From an uncultured Calditrichaceae bacterium (GTDB taxonomy: Bacteria > Calditrichota > Calditrichia > RBG-13-44-9 > J075): 64,000 nt of DNA. Of this stretch, positions 1 through 10,065 are shown piece after piece. Below the pieces are notes generated by a model that saw only the letters and a program-made list of their open reading frames with translations, was not told where the DNA came from and did not search any database. Every line of letters starts with the position of its first letter. The stretch's first letter is position 1. Made by a program: the position numbers and the translations under genes. The stretch is from the NCBI GenBank assembly GCA_964522165.1, contig CAZFVV010000003.1, positions 6,908 to 70,907 of the forward strand, given 5' to 3'.

Positions 1-372
1 TACGATCCCAAAACCCGTGGGGGGTGGTCCAACGACGGGCGCATCGTCAAGGGAACCCTGCACTGGGTCTCTGCCGCCCATGCCATCCCGGCGGAAGCGC
101 GCCTCTATGACCATTTATTTACCAAACCGGACCCGGAAGCAGTTGAAGAAGGCAAAACCTTTCTGGATAATATCAACCCCAATTCCCTGGAAATCCTCGC
201 CGATTGCATGGTCGAGCCTTCCCTGGCCGATGCCGCGCCGGGCAGCCGCTGCCAGTTTTTGCGCCACGGGTATTTCTGCGTTGACCCGGATTCTTCGAAA
301 GGAAAACGGGTATTCAATCGTACGGTTTCGCTGAAAGACTCCTGGGCGAAAATCGAGAAATCGGATCGGTAA
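1..372 (+). CDS. glnS: glutaminyl-tRNA synthetase, C-terminal fragment (5' end lies outside the window)
   Basis: Frame-1 translation [40 protein letters not shown]...[23 protein letters not shown] matches the GlnRS anticodon-binding C-terminus; TAA at 370-372. Confidence 0.85.
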   Translation, partial: YDPKTRGGWSNDGRIVKGTLHWVSAAHAIPAEARLYDHLFTKPDPEAVEEGKTFLDNINPNSLEILADCMVEPSLADAAPGSRCQFLRHGYFCVDPDSSKGKRVFNRTVSLKDSWAKIEKSDR

Positions 373-540
373 GCTGCGCGTCATTTGGCTTCGCCGTCAT
401 TTGCTTCGTGTCATTCACTGCGTTGTCATTGATAGTCATTGGAGAAGCACTAAATGACGCCGAAGGCAAATGACAATGAATGGCAGCGAAGCGAATGACG
501 GCGAAGCCAATGACGCGCAGCAAATGACGGCGAAGCCATC
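373..540. repeat. large imperfect palindrome made of phased GTCATT (x5) then AATGAC (x6) hexamers at ~10-11 bp spacing
   Basis: cgtcatttggcttcgccgtcatttgcttcgtgtcattcactgcgttgtcattgatagtcatt ... aaatgacgccgaaggcaaatgacaatgaatggcagcgaagcgaatgacggcgaagccaatgacgcgcagcaaatgacggcgaagcc; the arms are reverse complements around ~455. Confidence 0.6.
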
Positions 541-554
541 GGTATTCATACACT

Positions 555-1178
555 ATGTGGAATGAGCTCTTCGACCAGTTTACGCGCATCCCCCAGGAAA
601 ATCCCTTGCTGGCGTATGGATTGCTCTTCCTGAGCGCGATAGGGGAGAACCTGCTGCCCCCGGTTCCCGGCGATACGGTAACGCTGATCGGCGCATATTT
701 TGTGGGGAGAGGCCATCTGAATTATTGGGGAGTTCTTATTAGCACCACCCTGGGAAGCGTGGCCGGGTTCCTGACCCTGTTCCTGATCGCCTACTGGTTA
801 GGGTGGGGCTTTTTTGAGAAACGTAATATTCGCTGGCTGAAAAAATCCCGCCTGGGAAAAGCCGATCGCTGGCTGCAAAAATATGGTTACTCCCTTATTC
901 TGGCTAACCGCTTCCTGAGCGGGGTTCGTTCGGTCATTTCGATTTCAGCGGGATTGGCAAAGCTGAACATCCTCAAGGTGGCGCTGTTGTCAACGCTAAG
1001 CTCGTTGCTATGGAATGCGGCGATTATCTACGCGGGCGCCTTCATCGGAAAGAGCTGGGAGGAGATTTTGAAATATATCAACGCTTATAATAAGTTTGTT
1101 CTTTCCGGGTTGGCGATATTGCTGGTTGGCTATGGGGTGTATTACTTCTTTTTTAGAAGGGACCGGCTGGCGCGGTAA
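555..1178 (+). CDS. DedA/TVP38 family membrane protein
   Basis: 207 aa, multi-pass hydrophobic; LLAYGLLFLSAIGENLLPPVPGDTVTLIGAYFVG is the DedA (SNARE-associated) signature region. Confidence 0.75.
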   Translation: MWNELFDQFTRIPQENPLLAYGLLFLSAIGENLLPPVPGDTVTLIGAYFVGRGHLNYWGVLISTTLGSVAGFLTLFLIAYWLGWGFFEKRNIRWLKKSRLGKADRWLQKYGYSLILANRFLSGVRSVISISAGLAKLNILKVALLSTLSSLLWNAAIIYAGAFIGKSWEEILKYINAYNKFVLSGLAILLVGYGVYYFFFRRDRLAR

Positions 1179-1278
1179 GGATTTGAAAGACCGGGGTGGA
1201 GCTTCGCGCCCGCTCAATTACCGGAATCCGTAGAGTGAGACACAATCTACTTCATCTTCAAACCGGAGCAAAAAAGAG

Positions 1279-2727
1279 ATGTCTGATACCGTGCGCACCC
1301 GCTTCGCGCCCAGTCCCACCGGTTTTTTGCACGTGGGGGGGCTGCGAACCGCCCTGTTCAATTACCTGTTTGCCCGGCGCCAGGGCGGCAAATTCATCTT
1401 GCGGATCGAAGACACCGACCAAACCCGCTACGTGGAAGGCGCGACGGAGCAATTGCTGGCCAGCCTTAAATGGGCGGGATTGCACTATGATGAAGGCCCC
1501 GACGTCGGCGGCGGCCATGGTCCTTACATCCAATCGCAGCGCGTGCAAATTTACCGGGAACACGCGCAAAAACTGCTGCAATCCGGCCACGCCTACTACT
1601 GTTTCTGCACCCCCGAAGAGTTAGAAGCCATGCGGGAACGCCAGGCCGCCCGGGGATTGACCCCCAAATACGACGGAACCTGTCGCCGTTTAAGCCCGGA
1701 AGAGGTGAATCAAAAGTTGTCCGCCAATATCTCCCGGGTGGTGCGGATGAAAATGCCCCCGGACGGGGAAACCGTGGTAGAAGACCTCATCCGCGGAACG
1801 GTCTCCTTCCAAAATGAATTGATTGACGATCAAATCCTGCTCAAATCCGACGGTTTTCCGACCTATCACCTCGCCAACGTGGTGGACGACCACCTGATGG
1901 GAATTACCCACATCATTCGCGGGGAAGAGTGGCTGCTAAGTGTGCCCAAGCATATCCAGCTTTACAAATCCTTTGGATGGGAGCCTCCGAAAATGGCGCA
2001 TTTATCGCTGCTGCTGAACCCGGATCGCAGCAAGCTGAGCAAGCGCCAGGGCGACGTGGCCGTGGAAGATTACCGCGACAAGGGCTATTTGCCGCAGGCG
2101 TTGATCAATTTTGTGGCGCTGTTAGGGTGGAATCCCGGCACGGACCGGGAAATTTTTACCCTTGAGGAACTGGTACAAGAATTTTCCCTGGAGCGGGTGA
2201 ATAAGGCCGGGGCGGTTTTCGACCTTGCCAAACTCAACTGGATGAACGGGCACTATCTCCGCCAGCTTTCCGAAGACGAAGCGGCGGCGTTTTTAACTCC
2301 CTTTCTGCAAAAAGCCGGGGCAGACGTTTCCGACGCCGGGAAAACCCGCAAAATTATCCGGGCGGTGTACCAGAAGATCAATCGCGGCGACGAGGTGTAT
2401 GCCGCCGCCGCGATTTTCTATCAAGACCTCCTGGAAATCAGCGAGCCGGAAGCCCTGGCGCACCTGAAAACCCCCGGCGTTAAAACGGTTTTGGAAGCAT
2501 TTTTGAAGAAAGCGCAGGCGCTGGAGCGGTTAGATATGGATACTTTTCGCCAGGCCATGAAAGAGGTGCAGAAGGAAACCGGCATCAAGGGGCAGGAGCT
2601 TTGGAAACCGGTGCGGGTGGCCCTCACCGGGATGATCTCCGGCCCGGAGTTGCCCGCGGTAATCGAGGTGTTCGGGAAAGACAAAGCATGCAATTTCATC
2701 CGCCAGGCGCTGGAAAAGTATGTTTGA
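1279..2727 (+). CDS. gltX: glutamyl-tRNA synthetase
   Basis: 482 aa; N-terminus RFAPSPTGFLHVGGLRTALFNYLFAR (HIGH-class motif); KLSKR-type region (SKLSKRQGD); full-length class I GluRS. Confidence 0.95.
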   Translation: MSDTVRTRFAPSPTGFLHVGGLRTALFNYLFARRQGGKFILRIEDTDQTRYVEGATEQLLASLKWAGLHYDEGPDVGGGHGPYIQSQRVQIYREHAQKLLQSGHAYYCFCTPEELEAMRERQAARGLTPKYDGTCRRLSPEEVNQKLSANISRVVRMKMPPDGETVVEDLIRGTVSFQNELIDDQILLKSDGFPTYHLANVVDDHLMGITHIIRGEEWLLSVPKHIQLYKSFGWEPPKMAHLSLLLNPDRSKLSKRQGDVAVEDYRDKGYLPQALINFVALLGWNPGTDREIFTLEELVQEFSLERVNKAGAVFDLAKLNWMNGHYLRQLSEDEAAAFLTPFLQKAGADVSDAGKTRKIIRAVYQKINRGDEVYAAAAIFYQDLLEISEPEALAHLKTPGVKTVLEAFLKKAQALERLDMDTFRQAMKEVQKETGIKGQELWKPVRVALTGMISGPELPAVIEVFGKDKACNFIRQALEKYV

Positions 2728-2795
2728 TTTGTTAGTTGATACGTGGTCATAATTCCGATTCTTTAAAAAACAAAGGGTTGGCTTTTAGCGGGAGA

Positions 2796-2850
2796 CTCCT
2801 GCATTCGCAGGAGTGACAAGGTCGGCGACTGTCATTCCGGCGAATGCCGG
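2796..2850. repeat. two adjacent short hairpins downstream of gltX (ctcctgcATTCgcaggag; attccggcGAATgccggaat)
   Basis: Perfect 7-8 bp stems with 4-nt loops; the second shares a GTCATTCC core with repeats at 7512 and 13969. Confidence 0.4.
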
Positions 2851-2942
2851 AATCTCCTTGATTTCGCTACCGGATAATTATGACCACCCCTCAACTAACG
2901 ACATTGATCAACCACTAACCACCAATAACCAAACAAAAATCT

Positions 2943-3950
2943 ATGAATATCGCAGTCCTATTAGGCGGCACCTCCGCGGAGCGCGACGTCTCCCTTTCCA
3001 CAGGGATTGCCATTGCAAAGGCGCTGAAGGAAAATGGCCATGACGTGCAGGCGATTGATTGCGCCTATGGCGCTAAGCCGGTGGATTTCATAGGAGCCGA
3101 TACCGGGCAGATTATCCGGGTAACCCCGTCGGAAATCGAAAAAGAGAAGCCGGCGTTAGATCGCAATATTTTTAGCACCGTGGAGTATCTGGTGCGGGAA
3201 AAAATCGAGGTGGTTTTCAACGCCCTGCACGGGGGCTACGGGGAGAACGGCCAACTCGCCGCCTTGCTCGACCTCGGTGGAATTCCCTACACCGGCAGCG
3301 GAGCCCTGGCCAGCGGCCTGGGAATGAATAAGCATCTCTCCAAAGTGATTTTTCAAGCGAACGGCGTGCCCACCGCCCCCTGGGAGAAATATTCCAGGCG
3401 CGAAGGCGTCGATTCCGCCAGACTTGCCGCAAGGGAAATGCCCCTGGTAGTGAAGCCGAACGAGCAGGGTTCCACGGTGGGCCTTTCCATCGTGCGCCAG
3501 CCGGGAGAATTGAGCGCCGCGCTGGAGCGGGCTTTTCAATTTGGCGACGCCGTTCTGGTCGAAAAATACATTCCCGGCAGGGAATTAACCGTTTCGGTGC
3601 TGGGCGGAGAGGCCCTGCCCATCATCGAAATCATTCCCGAAAGCGGGTTCTACGATTACGAAGCCAAATACCAGGGCGGTAAAACCCGCTACGTGGTTCC
3701 CGCGGAATTGCCGGAAGAGCTGGCGGCGAAAATCCGGGAAGCGGGCGCGGGAGCGTATCACGCCCTGGGCTGCCGCGGCTACGCCCGGGTGGATTTCCGG
3801 CTGCAAGATGACGGGCAGTTCTTCTGCTTGGAAGTGAACACCCTGCCGGGCATGACCCCCACCAGCCTGGTACCCAAGGCCGCCAAAGCGGTGGGAATCG
3901 GATTCAATGAGCTGATGGAGCGGATTATAAGGCTGGCGATGGAGATATAG
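2943..3950 (+). CDS. ddl: D-alanine--D-alanine ligase
   Basis: 335 aa; MNIAVLLGGTSAERDVSLSTG N-terminus, ATP-grasp body (ALHGGYGENGQLAALLDLGGIPYTGSG), C-terminal EVNTLPGMT motif. Confidence 0.9.
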   Translation: MNIAVLLGGTSAERDVSLSTGIAIAKALKENGHDVQAIDCAYGAKPVDFIGADTGQIIRVTPSEIEKEKPALDRNIFSTVEYLVREKIEVVFNALHGGYGENGQLAALLDLGGIPYTGSGALASGLGMNKHLSKVIFQANGVPTAPWEKYSRREGVDSARLAAREMPLVVKPNEQGSTVGLSIVRQPGELSAALERAFQFGDAVLVEKYIPGRELTVSVLGGEALPIIEIIPESGFYDYEAKYQGGKTRYVVPAELPEELAAKIREAGAGAYHALGCRGYARVDFRLQDDGQFFCLEVNTLPGMTPTSLVPKAAKAVGIGFNELMERIIRLAMEI

Positions 3951-3956
3951 TGAGAA

Positions 3957-4823
3957 ATGAATATTTCCATCGGCCTGGATATTGGCGGAACCAAAATTAT
4001 GGCCGCAGCCGCCAACGAGAGCGGTGAGATCCTGCGGCGTTTGCGGGCAGACACCCCCCACGATCTGCAGGAGGGTTTAAGCCTGCTCAAAACATTGGCG
4101 GCGCAGCTCCGGGAAAATAACCGCATCATTGCCATGGGGGCGGCGATTGGCGGGCCGTTGGAGCATAAAAGCGGGGTGGTTTCTCCCCTCCACCAGCCCC
4201 AATGGCGCAGCGTGCCCCTGAAAAACATTATGGAAACCCAATTCCGCTGCCCTTTTTTCGTGGACGTGGATACCAACGTTGCAGCGTTAGGCGAATACAA
4301 ATTCGGCAAGGAAACCGCCTCGCGATTGTTGTATCTCACCCTCAGCACCGGCATGGGCGGGGGATTTTTGATCGACGGGAAAATTTACCGCGGAGCCGGC
4401 GGGGTTCATCAGGAGGCGGGACACCAGACGATCAATTTTCGCTGCGCCCACCCGGAGCGGGTACAGTGCGATTGCGGAGCGCCGGATTGTCTGGAGGCGC
4501 TGGTTTCCGGCAATGGTATCCGGCGCATTTACGGAAAACCGGCGGAGGAATTATCGGAAGGGGAGTGGGAGGAGGTTAGGTACAACCTCGGCCAGGGATT
4601 GCGCAACTTAGCGGCGCTCTATGCCCCGGAGGTGATCGTATTAGGCGGGGGCGTGGCCGTCGGCGCGGGGGAAAAACTGCTCCGCCCGGCCCGGGAAGCC
4701 CTGCACGCGCATTTGAAAATCGTTCCCGCCCCGCAAGTGCGCCTGAGCCGGTTGGGATACGACACCGCGCTGTTAGGAGCGATTGCCCTGGCGATGGAGG
4801 GTGGGAGCGATGGGGGGGGTTAG
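3957..4823 (+). CDS. ROK family sugar kinase/regulator-like protein
   Basis: 288 aa; IGLDIGGTKI N-terminus; ROK zinc motif CDCGAPDCLEALVSGNGI. Confidence 0.75.
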   Translation: MNISIGLDIGGTKIMAAAANESGEILRRLRADTPHDLQEGLSLLKTLAAQLRENNRIIAMGAAIGGPLEHKSGVVSPLHQPQWRSVPLKNIMETQFRCPFFVDVDTNVAALGEYKFGKETASRLLYLTLSTGMGGGFLIDGKIYRGAGGVHQEAGHQTINFRCAHPERVQCDCGAPDCLEALVSGNGIRRIYGKPAEELSEGEWEEVRYNLGQGLRNLAALYAPEVIVLGGGVAVGAGEKLLRPAREALHAHLKIVPAPQVRLSRLGYDTALLGAIALAMEGGSDGGG

Positions 4824-4955
4824 CGTAATAGAGTGATGGAGTATTGCAGGTATTATTCCTCCAACCTCCAAGACCTCTCTACCCTAATACTCCACCACTC
4901 CAATACCCCATCCCTCCAATAATCCATTGTGCCAACGCCCCAATCATCTTCCCGC

Positions 4956-7277
4956 TCACTCCTTCATCCTCATCACTACAAAAGTCATATCGTCGTTCTG
5001 CGGGCGGCCGTTGCGCCAACGCTCCGCTGCCCCGTTCAGGTGCGCGATGATTTCCTGCGGATCTCTATCTCCCGCTTCTCCGAAAACCGTTTTGATCCGC
5101 GATGTGTCAAAAATTTCCCACTTATCGTTAAACAACTCTTCCAACCCGTCGGACATCAACAGCACCGCATCGCCGGGCGATAATTCCAACCCCACTTGCT
5201 GGTAGGGATAGCCTTCCGGCCCGCCCAGGGGCATTCCCTTGATCAACAGCTCCTCAACGGCGCGGGTTTGTTTCCGGAATATCAGAATCGGGGGCATCCC
5301 GGCGGAGGAAGCTACTAATTTATTGCCGCGAATCCGCACCAGCATCATGGCCATGTAGAGGTTGCCTAAGTGCATTTTGCGGATCATTCTGGTGCAGTGG
5401 TGAAAAAAGTCCGGGATGTAAAAGGTATTGCCCATGGTGTTGAACAGGCTTTTCATCAAAGTAACCATAATCCCCGCCCTGGTGCCGTGGCCGGTGGCGT
5501 CGCCGATGGCGGCGGTCAGGATGCCGCTGGAATCGAGCTGGAAATCGTAATAATCGCCGCCCACCTCGCTGGCGGTTTTCATGTACACGGCGATGTCCAG
5601 GTGGGGGAGTTGGGGCACTTTTTCCGGCAGCATGGAAAGCTGAATCCGGCGGGCTTCCTCCAATTCCGCGGTTTTGCGGGCGTTGTCCGCCTCTAAAAGC
5701 CGGCGCTGAATTTCCTGCTCCCGGGCCTGGCGCTCGCTTTCCAATAATTGCTGGTTGGCGCGCGCAAAATCCCGCGCCAGGTTGATCGACATGGCAATAC
5801 TGAGCACCAACACCCCGTACACGTAAACCACTTCTCTTCCTCCCGGCGCGCTGACCAGGTTCGCATCGATCAAAATTTGATAGACCACCGCGGCGGTCAA
5901 TGCTAAAAACCCGATGCCGGAAATCCACTCCCTTTTTTTCATGCGGAAGATGCAGCGAAAAATGACCCGGATTAGCTCTATTAAGGCAATCCCCAAAAAT
6001 ATGTCGAAGATAGTCCCCACTATTTTGCTATGGGAAAATAAACTGCTGACGGCGATGATTGCTGCAACGCCCACAAAAATGAACCCGTGCCGCGGGAGCT
6101 TGGAATATCCCCGGGTGTAAGTGGTCAATAATCCGAATACCAGGGCGGTCAGGGTGGAGAGGAGCAGAATGCGGTTTAGCAAGATGATGCTATGCACGCT
6201 ATTGGTAAAGAAAAATTGGAAATTAACGTAGGAGAGGGCGGCAAAGCCGATCATGGAGACGGCATAGAAAAGATTCTCTTTTGCCGCGGGGTAGAATATG
6301 AACATCAGCAAGTGCACCAGGGCCAGGGTCAGCGGCACCGCGGAAAAGATGATTTGCGAAAGGCTGGCGTTGCGAACTTCTTCGATACGCCCCTGGGTGT
6401 AGGAATTCAAATGTCCCAGGCGAATGAGAAAACCGGCTTCATACCCGATTTGTTTTAAATATTCCGCGGAATGGTTGGAATAACGCACCGCTAAAACCTG
6501 GTCGTGCTGATTGTCGAAGACAATGGCGCGGGGCGTGCGGTCAAAAAAGGGCTGCTCTCCTTCCTTCGCCGCGCTTACTTCCCCAAAACGATAGTGCATC
6601 CTTCCGTTGAGATACACCTCCGAAGCGCCGGCCTGATCGACGAAGATCGCCAGCGGAACCGCCCAGAGCGAGGAGTCGATGGTCAGGTGGGTGCGAAACC
6701 AGCCGATTCCTTCCCAGCCGCTGGCAGGATATTGATCGGGAGGGAGCAGGGGGTTCACGGTTTCCCACTCCCGGTCGTCGAAATCCGGGGCGGCCCAGGC
6801 AGTGTCATCGCCGGGATGGTAACGCCAATTCTCGAACAGTTCCAGATTCCCGACCTTGTTCACCATGCGCTCGTAGGAAAGAACCGTTTTGCCCCGGTAA
6901 GTGTCGCGCCAGTGTGGAATTCTTACCGTTACCGTGGTGTCGCGGGTAACCGTAAGCGTGAAATTGGGAAATTCCAGGCCTTCGGCGCCGAACGCTTCAT
7001 TTCGCCAGGAACCGCGGGTGAATTTATACTCCAGTTGGGCGTCTTTTTCAAACTTAAGAGTTTTGGTCCAACTGCCGTCCGGTTGTGGAGCCAGAGCCGG
7101 TCCATTGGGACGCCAATTGCCTAATTTGAACTGGTTTCCGGTGAGGTGAATGGTAGAACCTGCCGGAAGGGAATCCGGAAACACCATGAAGGTAACTTTG
7201 TACTCCCGGAAGGATGTTTCACAACTCCAGGCTGTCAGCAGCAGGAGTAATACGAATAATCTGTTTTTCCCCGTCAT
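4956..7277 (-). CDS. 7TM-DISM sensor fused to a PP2C/SpoIIE-type serine phosphatase (RsbU-like)
   Basis: 773 aa; N-terminal secreted beta-sandwich region, seven TM helices, C-terminal GGDYYDF...GDATGHGTRAGIMVTLMKS...MSDGL PP2C motifs. Confidence 0.75.
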   Translation of the reverse strand: MTGKNRLFVLLLLLTAWSCETSFREYKVTFMVFPDSLPAGSTIHLTGNQFKLGNWRPNGPALAPQPDGSWTKTLKFEKDAQLEYKFTRGSWRNEAFGAEGLEFPNFTLTVTRDTTVTVRIPHWRDTYRGKTVLSYERMVNKVGNLELFENWRYHPGDDTAWAAPDFDDREWETVNPLLPPDQYPASGWEGIGWFRTHLTIDSSLWAVPLAIFVDQAGASEVYLNGRMHYRFGEVSAAKEGEQPFFDRTPRAIVFDNQHDQVLAVRYSNHSAEYLKQIGYEAGFLIRLGHLNSYTQGRIEEVRNASLSQIIFSAVPLTLALVHLLMFIFYPAAKENLFYAVSMIGFAALSYVNFQFFFTNSVHSIILLNRILLLSTLTALVFGLLTTYTRGYSKLPRHGFIFVGVAAIIAVSSLFSHSKIVGTIFDIFLGIALIELIRVIFRCIFRMKKREWISGIGFLALTAAVVYQILIDANLVSAPGGREVVYVYGVLVLSIAMSINLARDFARANQQLLESERQAREQEIQRRLLEADNARKTAELEEARRIQLSMLPEKVPQLPHLDIAVYMKTASEVGGDYYDFQLDSSGILTAAIGDATGHGTRAGIMVTLMKSLFNTMGNTFYIPDFFHHCTRMIRKMHLGNLYMAMMLVRIRGNKLVASSAGMPPILIFRKQTRAVEELLIKGMPLGGPEGYPYQQVGLELSPGDAVLLMSDGLEELFNDKWEIFDTSRIKTVFGEAGDRDPQEIIAHLNGAAERWRNGRPQNDDMTFVVMRMKE

Positions 7278-7430
7278 TATCAGCAGCAGTACCTTCGTTA
7301 AAACTTATACTCGCTATTCAAAGCTAAAATCAGCGCAGCAATATATTGGATCGCGCCTGGGAAATTATGGGATAGGGTGCGGAATGGGAAGCGGTTTTTT
7401 ATTTTTTGGGAGAAAGAGCGGTTTAAAACA

Positions 7431-7453
7431 AAGCCCTGCCGGAGGTTGGCAGG
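7431..7453 (-). terminator. possible rho-independent terminator downstream of the FG-GAP gene (minus strand)
   Basis: gccctgccggaggttggcagggc hairpin; the minus-strand continuation is T-rich (tttgtttt...). Confidence 0.35.
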
Positions 7454-7560
7454 GCGGAATGTAAAAACAGAATTCGCTGCTGCGCACTTTTTGATTTTGC
7501 TACTCAACAAGTGTCATTCCCGAGCAAAAAACAGAATATCGTTTAACACTGCGGGGAAAA

Positions 7561-9450
7561 TCATTTCACCAGCAGCATTTTGTTCATCGCGCTGTATTCT
7601 CCTGTTCGCAGTCGGTAGAGGTAAATTCCGGCGCTTACCGGGCGCCCGGAATGATCGCTTCCGTCCCACTGCACGGTATAATCGCCCGGAGTTTTGCGCT
7701 CGCTTACCAGGGTGCGTACCCACTGCCCGGTAATATCGTAAATCTTCAATTCCACCCATCCGTAATCGGCGATTCGGAATTCGATGTTCGTGGAAGGGTT
7801 GAAGGGATTGGGATAATTCGCCCGCAACTCGAACGTTCCGGTAAGCCGGGAGGGAGCACTCTCGAGGGAGGTAATCGCCAGGGGAACCAGGCCGGTGCTT
7901 TCCGTGGCCTCGTAATATTGATTCGCGGCAACATTGGTGTAAACGTCCACGATGCCGGACGGCCAGCGAATTCTCAGCGTATCAAGCAGTGCAGCGTCTT
8001 TCAAGCCGAAATGCACCGTCAGGCTGTTGTGCCCGTTGAAGCTGTTCTGCGCGGAGACTTCCCGTAATTGGTACGCCGCGCTTCCGCCGATCATCGCCCG
8101 CGCCTGCACCATCGCCCCGATGCCGGAGCGGTTGGAGCCGGGCGTGGTAGGATCGCCCTTGATCCCCTTACAGCGTATTTTGATCCAGTGGTACCCGTTC
8201 TGGGTCTCATTGTGATAGAGGTACCGGTTCACGCCGTTTCCCATCACGAAAATATCCAACCGCCCGTCATTGTCGTAATCGCCGTTGCTCAGGCCGGTAT
8301 TCACGCCCGCGTCGCTGCCCAGGGTGCCGCCGGTTACCGGGCTGAAGGTTCCGTCGCCGTTGTTGGCGTAAAGACGGTTCACCTGGTTGGCGTCGTTGGA
8401 GACAAAGCAGTCCAGGTCCCCGTCGTTGTCGTAATCTCCCCAGGACGAAGCCAGGGAAATATCCGCGTCGCCGGCAATGGAGCCAACCTCGGCCGCGGTC
8501 ATGCGTTGGAAAGTATTGTCGCCGTTGTTGCGGTAAAGATTGTTTGCCAGGCCCCCCAATCCGCCGCCCCAGTTGGTCAGGTAAGCGTCCAGGTCGCCGT
8601 CGTTGTCATAATCGATCCAGTTCCACACCTGCCCGTCCACCAGGTCGGTGGCAATGGGGCTGTCGGTAATGCGGGCGAAATAGGCGCTGCCGGTCTCCAT
8701 CAGCATGTTTTTGTAAAGATTATCCGGCGCCAGAAAATTGCTGGCCGGTCCGCTGCCAACGAAGAGATCTATATCCCCGTCCTGGTCGTAATCCGACCAG
8801 GCGCCCACGGTGTAAGGAGCTAACCCGGTCACCACCGCGCCTGTGTCAATTTTCGAGAAGGTGAAATTGGGGGGACCGTCGTTCAGGAATAAGTGGCTGG
8901 TGGTATCCGGGTAACCGGCAGGGAGGAATCCGGCCGGCAGGGTGATATACAAATCCAGGTATCCGTCGTTGTTATAATCCCCCCAGGCGCAGGCCCAGCC
9001 GCGATTGGCAAAACTGTTTCCGATAATTCCGCCATCGATCCGGGTAAAAACCTCGCTTCCGTCATTGCGATACAAATAGGACTCCGGGTTAGCGCAGAAA
9101 GCGTCGGGATCGCCGTCGTTGTCATAATCGCCCCAGCTATTCCCGTTTCCGATTGCCGGAACCTGGCCGCTGCCGAGGGCGGTAGTGATCTTGCTGAAAT
9201 TCCCCTCCCCGTTATTGCGATACAGAAAAACGCGGTTGATGTAGAGATCTTCCCACCCGTCGCCGTTGTAATCTACCCAGGTGGCCCCGGCGTATCCTCC
9301 GGACTGGTCGGAAATGATGGGATTGGTGGGATCGGTAATGCGCACCAGGGTGATCTGTGCATACAGCGGCGCTCCTGCGAGGAACGCCGCGAGCAGGGCG
9401 ATGATCGCCACCCGGGCGGATTTATCGAATTTTCCATAGATATTTTTCAT
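7561..9450 (-). CDS. FG-GAP/VCBS repeat (ASPIC/UnbV-like) secreted protein with a T9SS C-terminal sorting domain
   Basis: 629 aa; signal peptide; multiple DYDNDGDLD/DYNGDGWED calcium-binding FG-GAP repeats; C-terminus NYPNPFNPSTNIEF...IYDITGQWV...IYLYRL...KMLLVK. Confidence 0.75.
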   Translation of the reverse strand: MKNIYGKFDKSARVAIIALLAAFLAGAPLYAQITLVRITDPTNPIISDQSGGYAGATWVDYNGDGWEDLYINRVFLYRNNGEGNFSKITTALGSGQVPAIGNGNSWGDYDNDGDPDAFCANPESYLYRNDGSEVFTRIDGGIIGNSFANRGWACAWGDYNNDGYLDLYITLPAGFLPAGYPDTTSHLFLNDGPPNFTFSKIDTGAVVTGLAPYTVGAWSDYDQDGDIDLFVGSGPASNFLAPDNLYKNMLMETGSAYFARITDSPIATDLVDGQVWNWIDYDNDGDLDAYLTNWGGGLGGLANNLYRNNGDNTFQRMTAAEVGSIAGDADISLASSWGDYDNDGDLDCFVSNDANQVNRLYANNGDGTFSPVTGGTLGSDAGVNTGLSNGDYDNDGRLDIFVMGNGVNRYLYHNETQNGYHWIKIRCKGIKGDPTTPGSNRSGIGAMVQARAMIGGSAAYQLREVSAQNSFNGHNSLTVHFGLKDAALLDTLRIRWPSGIVDVYTNVAANQYYEATESTGLVPLAITSLESAPSRLTGTFELRANYPNPFNPSTNIEFRIADYGWVELKIYDITGQWVRTLVSERKTPGDYTVQWDGSDHSGRPVSAGIYLYRLRTGEYSAMNKMLLVK

Positions 9451-9855
9451 GGCATTATCCTTTTGTCAGTGAACTTCGCGGAAAGCGCGGAATTGGGCGC
9501 CCGGGCAATCGGTGTTATTTCCAATGAAAATCAGGCACAGTGTCGGAAGAGTTGCCCGGGCCATAATAATTGGAATTTATGGAGAAGATTGATGCTGGCA
9601 ATATTTAATCCGGTTGGGCGCAGGGGGGCGCCCGCCTCGGTAATTTACCGTCAGCGGGTCATCCGTTACCCGTGGAGGCTCTTAATGGACAGCATGCAGA
9701 TGAAAAACATGATAAAAAGAAGCTTGCCCACCCGGGTACGGCTGAATAGAAACGCGCTGCCTAAAATGTAATAAAATTCGTCCATTGATATCTCCCATCA
9801 CGCAAATCGGAAAAGCATCTCTCTATCCCTGCATGGTTATGTTCTTTGACCACCG

Positions 9856-9899
9856 GGGTTCCTGCCGGAAGAAGCGCCGCACTTTCGGCAGGAACCCCC
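9856..9899 (-). terminator. stem-loop downstream of the P-type ATPase gene (minus strand)
   Basis: gggttcctgccgga-N14-tccggcaggaaccc, a 14-bp perfect stem. Confidence 0.35.
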
Positions 9900-10065
9900 G
9901 CCGGAGACAGAGATACATTCCGTTGATATAATACGAATTCGGAAGGGATGAATCTATAACCCGAACGGGGGATTTTTACGGGTAAATTGGGGCAAATTCC
10001 AACGCCAACGCACCGCCGCATGCCCAACTAGCGGATTGAGCAGGTAGGCCAGCAGGGCGGCATGG

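Noticed and set aside
1-2727. Possible indirect Gln-tRNA pathway (non-discriminating GluRS)
   Set aside because: A bona fide GlnRS C-terminus is present at 1-372, so GluRS and GlnRS coexist as in many Bacteroidota and Proteobacteria. Nothing unusual.
5320-5928. Numerous 60-290-aa antisense or overlapping ORFs in the ORF track (for example 5320-5928, 8068-8823, 8893-9771, 26149-27015, 27633-28409, 39431-40327, 44121-45050, 61723-62472)
   Set aside because: These are typical stop-codon-poor shadow frames of a ~60% GC genome. Each lies entirely within a longer, motif-supported CDS on the other strand or frame.
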